Numbered from the stretch's first letter, positions 13,346 to 26,189 are shown. The stretch is DNA of 33,929 bases from Catajapyx aquilonaris (GCA_000934665.2 JYFJ02004203.1:1-33929), one strand, 5' to 3'. A program made the numbers and translations. The notes: generated from the letters alone by a model not told the origin.

Positions 13346-13436
13346 CTTATCCTCGATTTGAGACGCAGTGTGGGGAACAGATTCTGACGCCTCTTCGTGC
13401 AAAATAATATCTCGCCCCAAAGTCACTTCTTTTATA
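13346..13436 (-). promoter_or_regulatory. Orphan copy of the cis-prenyltransferase TATA promoter and non-coding first exon
   Basis: TATAAAA (13436-13430), a leader clearly homologous to 16339-16433 and 20247-20339, and an intact AAG|GTAAGC donor at 13345. No prenyltransferase CDS follows. Confidence 0.75.
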
Positions 13437-14166
13437 TGCTTGTATAAAAGAGGAATATTTCTGACACATGCCGTTTTTTTCTGGTTGTGTAAACATTTTT
13501 TATAATTAATTCTGATTTTTTACTGTTCTTGATGCAATTGCTTTGGAGTAATAATTAATTACGACACGAAAGTAGACCTTCTGCCTGCCTATCAGCTGTT
13601 ATTATTATTCATATTACACTATCACATACCCAACGTCACCCACGTTACATGACTCATAGGACGTAACAAAATATAAAATAATTTAAATTTAATTCGTAAT
13701 TTAATTTTTAATGCCCTGTGCACTGTAAAGGCAAAGGTGATTTTGTAACGTGCACTTTTCGTAATAATTTACTCCTGCAAAAAATGACTCAGGGTTAATG
13801 GTTAGATAACTTACGCACGTAATAATACACAAGGTAATATTTTCCATGATTGTAATTAAAATAATATACATTTTCGTTGAGTCTTGTTATACTAGATAAA
13901 ATATATCGTAAGCACCATAACTCTTACACTATGGGAACAGACAGATTCATGACAAATAATTTCTCAATATACACAGGTAATTCATCGGATTATTTTATTT
14001 CCGAAATATTTGCTTCATGAAGTTATTTTACAAAAATGGCTATTATTATGAAGCCTACCATTTCTGGTCACCTTGATATTCCCCTTACCCAATAGCTACC
14101 AACATAATATCGATTATTATAATAAAACTGACTCTCGAAAGGCCCAGGAGAGAAAATAAATATTAT

Positions 14167-15578
14167 TTATTGTTGGCCTGCTCCTCTGAGTGTCTCACGC
14201 CGAACACATTGTTCATTCGACAGTTGCTTCACATACTGAACATAATTCCTATCTATTGTCTGCAAGAAGTTCTTGATCCTCGATCCTTTTCCTCCATCTG
14301 ATTTCTCTCTTTGCAGTTCCTTCTCTGCTTTTATCAGATTTTCCTGCAATAAAATAGAATTCGAAGTTTTGAAGAGTTGTTACAGTGTAACATATTTCAT
14401 GAAATAGTCTTGATAACAGATATAGTGTTACGGCCACTGTAGCATTTGATTGTATCGTTGAGAAGAGCATTGAGTACAGTAATATTGGAAATATTACATA
14501 CCTTCAAATGGTGGGCATGACGCTGGTAAAGTAAGCCGCTCCAAATAAAGTTCCAGAATCCGTATTCAGGCCAGGTTACCTTTTCGAAGCAAATGTAACT
14601 GTACGAACTCTGCAACATGTACATTATTAATTTTAACAAAACGAATATCACAAAGCTATAATAATGAAGCCCCTGCGCAAAGTATGAACTGGAGACTGAC
14701 CTGCCAGAGCATGAAGTCCGAAAACCTCATTTCCCCTGATGTCCTTATGATCATGTCCACAGGAGGAAGGTCCCTGGTCTGGAGACACTTCTCCATCAGT
14801 CCCTCTGACACGTCCTCTGGTTGGATCAGACCGTTGCCCACTCCGTCCATCAGGTGGTGAATTGCAGAGGTCATGTCGTCACGGGCTGGAACAGAAAAGG
14901 AAAATGACAAAAGTGTGTTAGATAGTCTGAACATGATGAACTCTCGATTATCCAACATCCAGTGGACATGATACTCACAGGTGTAAGGACATGCCATATT
15001 TAGGACGTGCTTGGTGCAATGGGCCGTCTTGTCCATGATCTGTCCAGCCAGGGTTTGCAGTTTTTGGGGAAATAGTTCCAGTCGACCCATCACGCGGATC
15101 TGGACACCTCTCTTGATGGGTGTCTCACTGAAATGAGCATGAACTTATGCAACGAGTTTATCCTCAAGGCAAATGCTCCTGAAGGTGGAGCTAGAGAGAA
15201 AAAGATGTTGAAGTTGTGTGTAAGGGCCTGGTTGTTGGTTGTGGTACGGGTGTAAGTGGAAAGAGAAAAGTTGGAAAGAAGATAGTGAAGTCATTATTAT
15301 CAACCACATACCATCTGCATAGTACACATTCAATATGCAGAATGTTACACACCCATCAATACCATACACAGAACGCACTAAAATTTATAAATAATGATGA
15401 GGACTTTGCACTCACATGTTGTCCAGGACTTCTTGAAAAGCTTCCTCAAACAAGGCCATCAGACCATCCACCTCTTCCTTTGGTCTCTTGAAATTCTCTA
15501 TGCTGAAAGCATACGCTGTTAAGGCGTACACTCCCATCTCTCTGCACCACTCCTGGGCCTCCATCATCTTCTTGTAGC

Positions 15579-15632
<54 letters not shown>

Positions 15633-15795
15633 TCATTTACCCTTGCCTGTGTCCCTCTATGGTCGGCAGTCCTTTGCTCTTGGCGTATCTTCTGTTTCCG
15701 TCCATTATGACCGCCACATGTCGAGGAACCTCTCCTTGCTTCACTATCTGGGTCATGAAGCGTTGCATCCAACTCATGTTGCTTTTATCTGCCAT
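14167..15795 (-). CDS. DHDDS: cis-prenyltransferase, DHDDS-like, copy A (311 aa, 6 coding exons)
   Basis: Exons 15795-15641, 15577-15416, 15127-14979, 14885-14701, 14609-14502, 14343-14167 (936 nt, phase-consistent). Motifs [53 protein letters not shown]. Confidence 0.92.
15581..15631. repeat. (AAT)17 microsatellite forming most of the first CDS intron of copy A
   Basis: 51 of the 63 nt of intron 15578-15640. Confidence 0.95.
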
Positions 15796-16338
15796 TGTTG
15801 AAGATATTTTTCCTCCTGGCAACATTGGACGTGTAGCATGAGACTCTTATACGAGTAAAATATTTTCAATTCGCTCAGTTTGTATAATGAATAGAAAAGG
15901 CAATTTACATATTCTGGCTGGTAAACTCCTTGATGTTAGTTTATAGCTGTAATTTTACTGCATTGTTTCAAAGGGTAACAAAAGTCACTTCGAAGGAGCT
16001 GAAGCTTATTATCCATTGTAACCTGCAATGTATTGCTGGTATTTTTTATTAAATCTGATTCCCCTGCAGTTAAAACAATAGACTGCGCAACCTCTTCTCT
16101 AGGTCCCTCTTGAAGTTAAATTAGAATTTTCAGCTGATTAAAGGCGTTTATGGCAGTGTGAATCTAGAAAATTCACAAGCATCTGATTTTCACAGCTGAG
16201 CCTGAATCCAATAATATTGTTTTCGAGATTAGAACATCGATATTAAAGGGAACATCTATGGATTAGAGAATTAACAATAATAATCTCTGCTGCATAAAAT
16301 AAAAGGCATAACGATACAATTATTGCATAAATGCCTAC

Positions 16339-16433
16339 CTGATCCTCGATTTGAGATACAGTTTGCTGTCCAAGTTCTGATACCGCCTAGTGCAAAATGA
16401 TAATTATTTCGCACTAAAGTCGCGTCTTTTATA
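16339..16433 (-). promoter_or_regulatory. TATA promoter and non-coding first exon of copy A
   Basis: TATAAAA 16433-16427, Inr-like TCATTT near 16400, CAG|GTAGGC donor at 16338. The module is repeated at 13346 and 20247. Confidence 0.7.
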
Positions 16434-17458
16434 TGCTTGGTTAGAAAAATATTGTTTATGACGTATAACTGCCCTTCTTTTACTTGCGTTTTGCATAATC
16501 AAAGTTTTTTAAAACTGCTAATTGCTTTGCTTTCATTTACAATGCACACAATCTGCTTAGAAACACTATAATTATGGACGACAGCTTGTATTTTCCTATT
16601 TCTTTGTAGCATGCTGCAATATTATTTGCCAACTCCATGTACAGAGGCCGCTTTATTTTTCTAGTATATTTTCTCCCACGCCGTAATACGTAGACTATAA
16701 TGTTACGAGGCACTTCGATCGCTAGTTAGCACGGCAAATGGCATCAAAAATAGTGTCTGGTAATACAGTATTATTGAACTATTGAATTTTAAAAAAATGA
16801 ATTCGTATGTACAGAATGATGATAGTGACTTTTTCTGGATATTTTCAGCTGAATATCACCAATGCAACGGACAGACGGACAGTGAATTAGTATTACGCAG
16901 TCCTGCATGTCTTTGAGTGACACATGTTTCACATACATCAAGAATCTTCTAAATATTACGAAAAAATGTTATATTTCATCCTGTAAAGTGAAAGTGAACG
17001 AGGGAAAAAATTTGATATCACACCACTTTGCTTGCATAATATTTGTCAAAAAAAAATTCCACTGAAAACCAACCAAACGGATTTAATACGCCTAACCCTA
17101 TTCCGAGAAAATGCGACTTTTTAAGTTACAAATTGTGCAACTGAAAATTTGTAATTTTGTGATCATGCCACAATCAAGAGCTTAGGTACCGTACATGTCA
17201 TGATTGACGGAATTCAACAAAATCAGGCTCCTTAACCTTTTGACCTATTGCCTGATTTGAAGATAGCCGACTTTGGCTTGGTGTAGGTTTTGAACTGAGA
17301 ATTTCCTGAAGTGCCGGTAGATAAATTGCACTGTACTGGCACTGTAACACAGATTATTATCCGTGCCAATGAATGCACGAGTGTCGCCGAATAATAAAAA
17401 GACACGGATAATCGATAAAAGGCCGTAGATACAGTAAAAATGAGCTATTCACTAATAT

Positions 17459-17560
17459 AAATGCTTTTGGCCACTTTATCCTGGTCTTGCAGCAACCCTT
17501 CACATACGGGTCTGTGCGAAGGGTTGCTTCAAGACCAGGATAAAGTGGTCAAAAGTATTT
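17459..17560. repeat. Long inverted repeat (arms about 48 bp) or fold-back hairpin
   Basis: AAATGCTTTTGGCCACTTTATCCTGGTCTTGCAGCAACCCTTC... pairs with ...GAAGGGTTGCTTCAAGACCAGGATAAAGTGGTCAAAAGTATTT. Confidence 0.9.
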
Positions 17561-17993
17561 GAACCCGATAGTACGTAATAATACACAAAGAAATACCCTG
17601 ATATTTTCCATGATTGTAATGAAAATAATATACATTTTCGCCGAGTCTTGTTATACTTTAAGATAAAATCTATCGTAAGCACCATAACTCCTACACTATG
17701 GTGACATGTAGGTTCATGAAAAATAATTTATAATTATACACGGGTAATAAATCTGATTATTTTATTTCCGAAATATTTACTTCAAGACGTTATTTTACAA
17801 ATGGCTATTATTATGAAGCCTACCATTTCTGGTCACCTCGATATTCCCCTTACCCAATAGCAACCAACATAATATCGGTTATTATAATAAAACTTACTCT
17901 CGAAAGGCCCAGGAGAGAAAATAAATATTATTTATTGTTGGCCTGCTCCCCTGAGTGCCTGACGCTGAACACATTGTTCATTCGACAGTTGCT

Positions 17994-18110
17994 TCACATA
18001 TACTGAACATAATTCCTATTCATTGTCTGCAAGAAGCTCTTGATCCTCGATACTTTTCCTCCTTCTGATTTCTCTAGTTGCAGTTTTTCATCTGCTCTTG
18101 TCAGATATTC
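17994..18110 (-). pseudogene. Extra terminal exon of cis-prenyltransferase (remnant or alternative last exon) with a 2-nt insertion giving an early stop
   Basis: Intact TTACAG| acceptor; encodes EYLTRADEKLQLEKSEGGKVSRIKSFLQTMNRNYVQYM*. Downstream 17600-17990 is near-identical to the 3' region of copy A (13838-14230). Confidence 0.75.
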
Positions 18111-18389
18111 CTGTAATAAAATAGAATGTGTTCGACAAAGAATACAATAGGAATCACACATTCATGTGCAGGGGCCAAAAAACAAGTTCAATTTTTGTTC
18201 CCTAGTGTAAGCAGAAATTTATTATTACATAAGTTACTGTACAAATGGCTAGAAGCATTTCGATATTTCCACCATACCAAACAATCATATTTAATGTTAT
18301 TATTAAACTAAATACCTGTCGAATTTAAGTTCCTTTATTGTACACCTTCTCTCTTATGTGCCTTATACTGTTATACACAACACATTTGT

Positions 18390-20258
18390 TCAGTTTGACA
18401 ATTGCTTCACATGCTGAACGTAATTCCTGTCCATAGTATGCAAGAAGGTCTTGATCCTCGTTCCTTTCCCTTCTTCTGATTTTTCTTTCTGCAGTTCCTG
18501 GTCTGCTTTTGTCAGATTATCCTGCAAGTAAATAAAGTACTTCTATTATGAAATGTTTGTTGTCCCTTGAAATTTTTCAATAGTTTATTAGATCAGAAAG
18601 ACAGATTGATGCACGGGATAGTTAAAATTATTAAATAATTTTTTTAAATTTTATTTGTTTTATGAAACTGTCTCTATCTACAACCACTACAGGTGTAGTG
18701 CTTCGGCCACGGGCCCCTGTATGTATCGTTGAGAAGTGTGTAGAAAATATGAATATTGTAAATATTTCCTATACAGTGTGCATATACCATCAAATGGTGG
18801 GCATGGCGCTGGTAGAGTAAGCTGCTCCCAAGAAAGTTCCAGAATCCATATTCAGGCCAGGTTATCTTTTCAAAGCAAATGTAACTGTACGAACTCTGCA
18901 ACAAAACACAAAGGTCAGGAAACTTAATTCAGGTGACACTGCACAAGACTAACAAAATGGAGACCTGACCTGCCAGAGCATGAAGTCGGAGAATCTCATT
19001 TCTCCTGATGTCCTAACGAGCATGTCCACAGGAGGAAGGTTCCTGGTCTGGAGACACTTCTCCATCAGTCCCTCTGACACGTCCTCTGGTTCGATCAGAC
19101 CGTTGCCCACTCCGTCCATTAGGTGGTGAATTGCGGAGGTCATGTCGTCACGGGCTGGAACAGAAAAGGAAAACGACAAAAAATGTGTGATAGTATGAGC
19201 ATGATGAACTATAACTATACAGTCTTATTCCCAGTGGACATTATACTCGCAAGTGTAAGGAGCTGCAAGAGTAAGGACGTGCTTGGTGCAATGAGCCGTC
19301 TTGTCCATGATTTGTCCAGCCAGGGTTTGCAGTTTTTGGGGGAATAGTTCCAGTCGACCCATCACGCGGATCTGGACACCTCTTTTGATCCACGTCTCAC
19401 TGAAATGATTTTATGAAATAATGCAACAAACTATGATAAAGCGGTAACACCCTTGAAGCTTCATAATTCTAGGATCTGAATCCTATTCGTGTATTCAAGA
19501 CATGTCACATGACTTGTGAAGCGTCAATGTCAGATCAATATTAAAGTGGAGAGTGTTGCACTCGCATATTATCCAGGACATCTTGAAATGCTTCCTCGAA
19601 CAAGTCCATTAGACCATCCACCTCTTCCTTTGACCTCTTGAAGTTCTCTATGCTGAAAGCATATGCTGTTAAGGCGTAGATTCCCATCTCTCTGCACCAC
19701 TCCTGGACCTCCAGCATCTTCCTATGACTGCGATTAAACAAAAACAAAAGTTTCAACCATATGGTTCAACATCACCTCAGAGTTATTCTGTCCACTTGTT
19801 GAATCGAACCCAAATTGAGTCTCACTATTTCCATTCCCTATTATTCCACCATTCATCGTGCAAAGTAATCCATCACTTACCCCTGTTTGTGACCCTCTAT
19901 GACCGGCAGCCCTTTGCCTTTGGCGTATCTTCTGTTTCCGTCCATTATGACCGCCACATGTCGAGGAACATCTCCTTGCTTCACTATTTGGATCATGAAG
20001 CGCTGCATCCAACTCAAGTTGCTTTTTTCAGCAATGTCTAACTCCCTCTTTAAGTGAAAACCAGAATTTTCAGCTTATTACACTACTTGATAGAAATAAT
20101 GAATCTAGAAAAGTAACTAAAATCGAATTTTCTCATGTGATTCTAAATCAATATTTCCCTTAGAGAATGGATATTAGTAAAGGATCCAATATTCACCTGT
20201 GATGCATATATAAAAGGTGCTATGATGTAATTACGTAAATGCTTACCTGATCTTCCAT
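18390..20258 (-). CDS. DHDDS: cis-prenyltransferase, DHDDS-like, copy B (about 304 aa; two GC donors; start uncertain)
   Basis: Exons 20258-20247 (inferred new ATG), 20047-19881, 19727-19566, 19399-19251, 19154-18970, 18895-18788, 18521-18390. Internal exon sizes match the paralogs (162/149/185/108) and catalytic motifs are intact. Donors at 19565 and 19250 are GCGAGT. Fallback start is the ATG at 20008. Confidence 0.75.
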
Positions 20259-20339
20259 TTGAGACACTGTTTGCAAACCAAGTTCTGATGATTCCTAGTG
20301 CAAAATAATATCTAGCCCCAAAGTCACATCCCTTATATA
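20247..20339 (-). promoter_or_regulatory. TATA promoter and first exon of copy B
   Basis: TATATAA 20339-20333; leader homologous to that of copy A; CAG|GTAAGC donor at 20246. Confidence 0.7.
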
Positions 20340-21686
20340 TAATTTGGAGAATATGTGTTCATTACTGACGTACATGGCAATCATTTCTTTTCTTATAGGT
20401 GCGCTTTTTGTTACTTTCTACGTTTTTTTCCGGGTTTGATCCATCAACTCTGCTTATGTGAGTAATTATCATGACGTGGTAGAGAAACGAAACCCTTTTT
20501 CCTTATTCATGTTTGTGCTTCGGTATTATTTGCTGACATCACTAACTGAAATGTACTTTATTCTCGTATAGTACCGAAACACCTCATTCATTTACTGCAG
20601 CTGCTTTATTTTTTTCCAATATAAATTATTCCACTCATAATATAATGTTACGAGGATATTTGCTCTAATAATGTGGATTTCTACTTACCTATTTAGAGCA
20701 AATACCAGTGCCATTTTTGATAGCATCTAAAATGCCTGTATGTCTTTGAGTGACACGTGTTTCACAAAAATCAAGCGGATAATAATTAATCTTCTATATA
20801 TCACGTAATGAATGTTCTCTAGTTCTCTAGTTTTCTAGTGTGGAAAGTAACAACATTGCCATTTGATGCTCTATTGTGCAATTTCTACTGTTCAATTCCG
20901 CATTAATGAAGATTTGTACGTGACGAATAATGGAAAACTGCAATTGGTGTCTTTTAACGGTTAGCTTATTACATAACTGCAGGCACGATTCGTGATAACA
21001 AAAAATTATGGGGATATCAACAGATGGATGATATTCCCTTTGTTATTACAGTAAGTTATTAAATAAAAACCTTCCCACGTTACCGCTTGTAAGAGAGAAA
21101 AACATAATTTGCTAGAACTCCTATTTCTGAATCTTTTATTAACAGATGTACGTGAGGGGAGAGAGGAAAGGTACAAGGAAAACTCATCCGTCTTTTGTAA
21201 TGCTGAAGCAGGCCTAATTATCTTTTTTATATAAGATTATATCCGTCAGAGTGAGTCTCATTTTATCATTCCGCTGCCTCAGACGCGGAGAGTGACGTAG
21301 CTATTTTAGTTACGGATAATATCAGTACCATGTTTACAACTAATTTTTGCCAACTTGCTAATTCCATAAATTAATGGTTTGCATTCAATTAGTATAATAA
21401 CTGTAATTGTATGAGAAAGAGGACTGCCGGACAGGTGGGAATTAATTAATTAATGCTTACACTTCTGCTGGTAAAAATGTGCCGTTTAATAATATCCAAC
21501 AATCAAACCTCACTTATTTAATTGGATTACTCGTACTGTACATAATTATGCAACACCCTTAACACAATATGACGAAGTGCAACTCTACGGTACATCAAGT
21601 GGTCAATAACCGCAAGGGCCGGAGGCACAGTATTTAAAACCCCTATAGTAAATTATTTAATGCGACATGGAAATAACTGCTTTGTG

Positions 21687-22973
21687 CTAATTGCAGGATA
21701 ATTTTCCCACGTACTGAATATAACTTTTGTCCAGCGCCTGCAAAAAGTTATTTATTCTTGTTCCTCTTCCAGCTGTAGATTGTTCTCTTTGCAATTCCTC
21801 TCCCGCTTTTGTCAGACTTTTCTGCAATAATAGCAGTGCATATCATCAATGACATTCAATTATGAATCGATCATACACTGCGTATACAGTACCTTCAAAT
21901 AATGGGCATGTCGCTGGAAGAGTAAGCCGCTCCCAATAAAGTTCCAGAATCCGTATTCAGGCCAGGTTATCTTTTCAAAGCAAATGTAACTGTACGAACT
22001 CTGCAAAAATTATTATAATAAAATGAATATTGCAGATCTAATAATGTACTCTAAATATGAAGTACAAATGTGGAGACTGACCTGCCAGAGCATGAAGTCG
22101 GAGAATCTCATTTCTCCTGAAGTTCTAATTATCATGTCCACAGGAGGAAGGTCCCTGGTCTGGAGACACTTCTCCATCAGTCCCTCTGACACGTCCTCTG
22201 GTTCGATCAGACCTTTGCCCACTCCGTCCATCAGGTGGTGAATTGCGGAGGTCATGTCGTCACGGGCTGGACGAAAATGACAAGTGTGTTAGATAGTCGC
22301 TGAACATGATGAACTCTCGATTATTCAACAGCCAGTGGACATTATACTCACATGTGTAAGGAGCTGCCAAAGTGAAAACGTGCTTGGTGCAATGAGCCGT
22401 TTGCTCCATTATATTCCCAATTAAGACTTGCAGTTTCCTTGGGAATAGTTCCAGTCGACCCATCACGCGTATTTGAGTATCTCTCTTGATCCACGTGTCA
22501 CTGTAAGTCCACGAATTTAAAACATTAAATCATTTTTTTTGTTATTTTACTATACAACATATTCTGTCGCTATTGAACTCACATATCATCAGCAATATTT
22601 TGAAATGCTTCCTCGAACAAGGCCATTAGACCATCCACCTCTTCCTTTGTCCTCTTGAAGTTCTCTATGCTGAAAGCATACGCTGTTAGGGCGTAGATTC
22701 CCATCTCTCTGCACCACTCCTGGACCTCCAACATCTTCTTATATCTGAAATTTTATTACATATAATAACAGACAGTCCCAATCATTTACTTACAATTAGA
22801 TTATTATGAGATACGTACCCCTGCCTGTGTCCCTGTATGACCGGCAGCCCTTTGCTCTTGGCGTATCTTCTGTTTCCGTCCATTATGACAGCCACATGTC
22901 GAGGTAAATCTCCTTGTTTGATTATCTGGATCATGAAGCGCTGCATCCAAGTAATGTTGTTCTCTTCAGCCAT
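21687..22973 (-). CDS. DHDDS: cis-prenyltransferase, DHDDS-like, copy C (297 aa, 6 coding exons)
   Basis: Exons 22973-22819, 22744-22583, 22500-22352, 22266-22082, 22000-21893, 21821-21687 (894 nt); all GT-AG with all motifs intact. Confidence 0.92.
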
Positions 22974-23242
22974 CGTTGTTGATTGTCTGATCGCCTGCTT
23001 TTGTTGGAAAGGATTCCCAAATATATTTTTAAATAAACGCGGCAAACAATAGCATGTGAATTCTGCTGATAAATTAATTTACATGTGAATCACACAGTGT
23101 CGTTCACACTTCATTATGATTCGGGTTGCTGCCTTCTGAATGTATCGCTTATGCAAATCAACCTTGCGTAGATCATGTTTGTCCGTGAATGCTATACTTA
23201 CACAATATGCATCAGCTTCATTGTTACCATGATTTCACTTAC

Positions 23243-23323
23243 CCGAGCTTGATAATAAGCGATGTCGTACTGGGACTTCAGGAGACGAATAATTTATTAC
23301 CATCCAAACAGGACTGCTTTATA
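23243..23323 (-). promoter_or_regulatory. Candidate TATA promoter and non-coding first exon of copy C
   Basis: TATAAA 23323-23318, Inr-like TTATTC about 30 nt downstream, CGG|GTAAGT donor at 23242. Not visibly homologous to the A/B module. Confidence 0.55.
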
Positions 23324-24667
23324 GGCTAGGCTGACCTTCTGCTTCCAAAAGGTGCTACAGTCTGCGGTTGCTCAATTTATATCAAATTAATGTAATTAAA
23401 ATTATTATATAATTTCCCGTGTTTCGAAGAACTAAGCAAGAAGCACATGATTCGTGATCGTGATGGGGAAAATAAACCAACAGTCCCTTACGTCTGCGTC
23501 GGTCCAGGGTTGGTTTATATCACGTGAATTTGCAAATGACGTTGAACACTACGTGCATTTAATTACGCCACATGATTCACAATATTGTGTAATGCGCTAG
23601 CTATAACTCGGAGTGTAAATTGCATGTTGACACTGATTATAATGCAAACATCATGATGCTATTGTCCTCTCAGTCGTGAGTTTCATTAGTAGGTTCATTA
23701 TAGGTTTATTGCCTTGATTATCCAGGGTAGTCAACCTATTCTTGCTCTGAACGTAGTCACTGCGGCTTTCATTGGGTTACATTGGCCATGCTCAAGGCTA
23801 TGAGAAGCCTGCTTTTTTTTGAAACGAATGAGTGAGGTGCAAACTGAGATGATGAAGAAAAGGTGAAGACTGCCTCACTCGGAGAGCAATAACTAGATAA
23901 GGAATGCAGAATTCTATAAAGAATATTGTGAGTCAACTAAAGATCGGTGTCTGAACAATTGATTTTACTATTTACGACACTGCATCAGAAATGGATATGT
24001 TTAGACCGGATAAGAAATTTCTCCATTCCTTCCATTGATCCTGAATTCAACTCATCTCCTCTCTTGCAGACGCCAATGGTTCAAAATTAATGTTATTTCA
24101 TCTTTACATACGGTACGTGGTAATTGCAGGCACATCACACGTTCTGACAACAAAATTAGTGGTTTGTGGTGAGGTGCGAGTGATTCATACTTACATAAGG
24201 CCTGCACGAAGCTTTCGTTGCCTGGGAAAAATGGGTTTTCCTCTTGGAAGGGAGAGAAAAACATCCTGCATGCTCATCAGATTTGCAATTACCAGTTCGA
24301 GATTATTGACATATCCGTCACTCCAAAGCGTTTACAGACAATTCCTTATAAATTCAAGCATTGCATTGTGGGACTTTGTTTTTGAAGGATTATTTTGTCA
24401 GGCATGCAACTTTTCCTGAATATTCCAAAAACTTTTAAAATTATCCCAAATGATAACGTCCTTCACTTAGGGTCACATCTTCCCAGCAAACCAACTTTCT
24501 ACAGACTTTAAAGTAATTCGTCAGCATCGCAATAACTGAAAGTTGGACGAATAAAAATCATTTCAAAATTAATTGTCCGTTTCCATTCATTATATTAAAA
24601 AGGTAGGGTCCCAACGATACACTCCATCACCCTCTATGAACTGATATTCCCTATTGGCCGCAATATT

Positions 24668-26189
24668 TTATGGTAAATTACTGGACAGGCTCGCCACATA
24701 CTGGGCGTACTTTCTGTCCAGAGTATGCAAGAAACTACTAATCCTGCTTCCCTTGTCCGCTTCTAATCGTTCTCTCTGCAGTTCTTGCCCAGCTTTCATC
24801 AGACGATCCTGTAACAGGATTGTGTCAATATTCAGTGATATCGAATAACATTTCGATATAAGCTTATTATTTTGTAATACTATCAACCATGTGAAGTTCG
24901 GTTGAATGATGCAATCTTATAGGAGATAACGTAAATTGGTTAAACCGAAAGAGGACATACTGTACCATACCTTCAAATGGTGTGCGTGACGTTGAAAGAG
25001 CAAGATGCTTCCAAGGAAGTTCCAGAATCCATATTCAGGCCATGTTACTTGCTCAAAGCAAATGTAGCTGTAGGAGCTCTGCAAAATAGTAGTTACATGA
25101 CTATAGTGACCTAAAGCTGCAGCAGCACTTGGGACTGACCTGCCAGAGCATGAAGTCCGAGAACCTCATTTCCCCTGAAGTCCTAACGAGCATGTCCACA
25201 GGAGGAAGGTCCCTGGTCTGGAGACACTTCTCCATCAGTCCCTCTGACACGTCCTCTGGTTCGATCAGACCTTTGCCCACTCCTTCCATCAGCTGGTGAA
25301 TTGCAGAGGTCATGTCGTCACGGGCTGCATATATGAGAAAGGAAATATGTAGCATACTGCATACAGACATGTAGCCAGTATAGGAACCAATATTTTCTGA
25401 TCGACCATTTTCAGAGTGCATTTGACCGTGGGTGAGATGACCATCCATAACCACATTTACTGTGCGAATACAGCACTCGCAGAAGCCGTCAGCAGAGAGC
25501 GTAATATTTTGCACGCGCTTCGTGTATGGTTGGGTGCAAACCTGCCAGGATGTGCTTCACCACACTTGCTGTGTATAACAAAGTGGCTAATGGTGTAACT
25601 CACATGTGTAGGGAGCCGCCAGAGTAAGGACGTGCTTGGTGCAATGAGCCGTCTTCTCCATGATCTGTCCAGCCAGGGTTTGCAGTTTTTGGGGAAATAG
25701 TTCCAGTCGACCCATCACGCGGATCTGAGTACCCCTCTTGATCCAAGTGTCGCTGGAATAATTATTGAAAATATTGTTCACATTGAAGCCATGTTATCTG
25801 TGCATTGCCATTGACATATTATTCTTAGTACAAAATGTTCCTATTAAATTGCGATTTGTGGCACTAAACTGCTCATTATGTAGCAGTTTCTTTGGAACAG
25901 TTCCTTTTAGATGAGAATCTATAAGCTCGTTGATTATAAATTATTATGTCCAGCAGTGTGAAACAATTTCCTAGCTCTATTTTGCTTTCCAATCCTTCAA
26001 TTGTTTATCTCAGATATCACGACTCACATATCATCCACGATATCTTGAAACGCTTCCTCGAACAATGCCATCAGTCCATCCACCTCTTCCTTTGTCCTCT
26101 TGAAGTTCTCTATGCTGAAAGCATAGGCTGTTAGGGCGTACACTCCCATCTCTCTGCACCATTCCTGGGCCTCCAACATCTTCTTATGA

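Noticed and set aside
16866..16882. ACGGACAGACGGACAG, similar to DINE-1/Helentron-associated repeats
   Set aside because: Too short, and no other element hallmarks were located.
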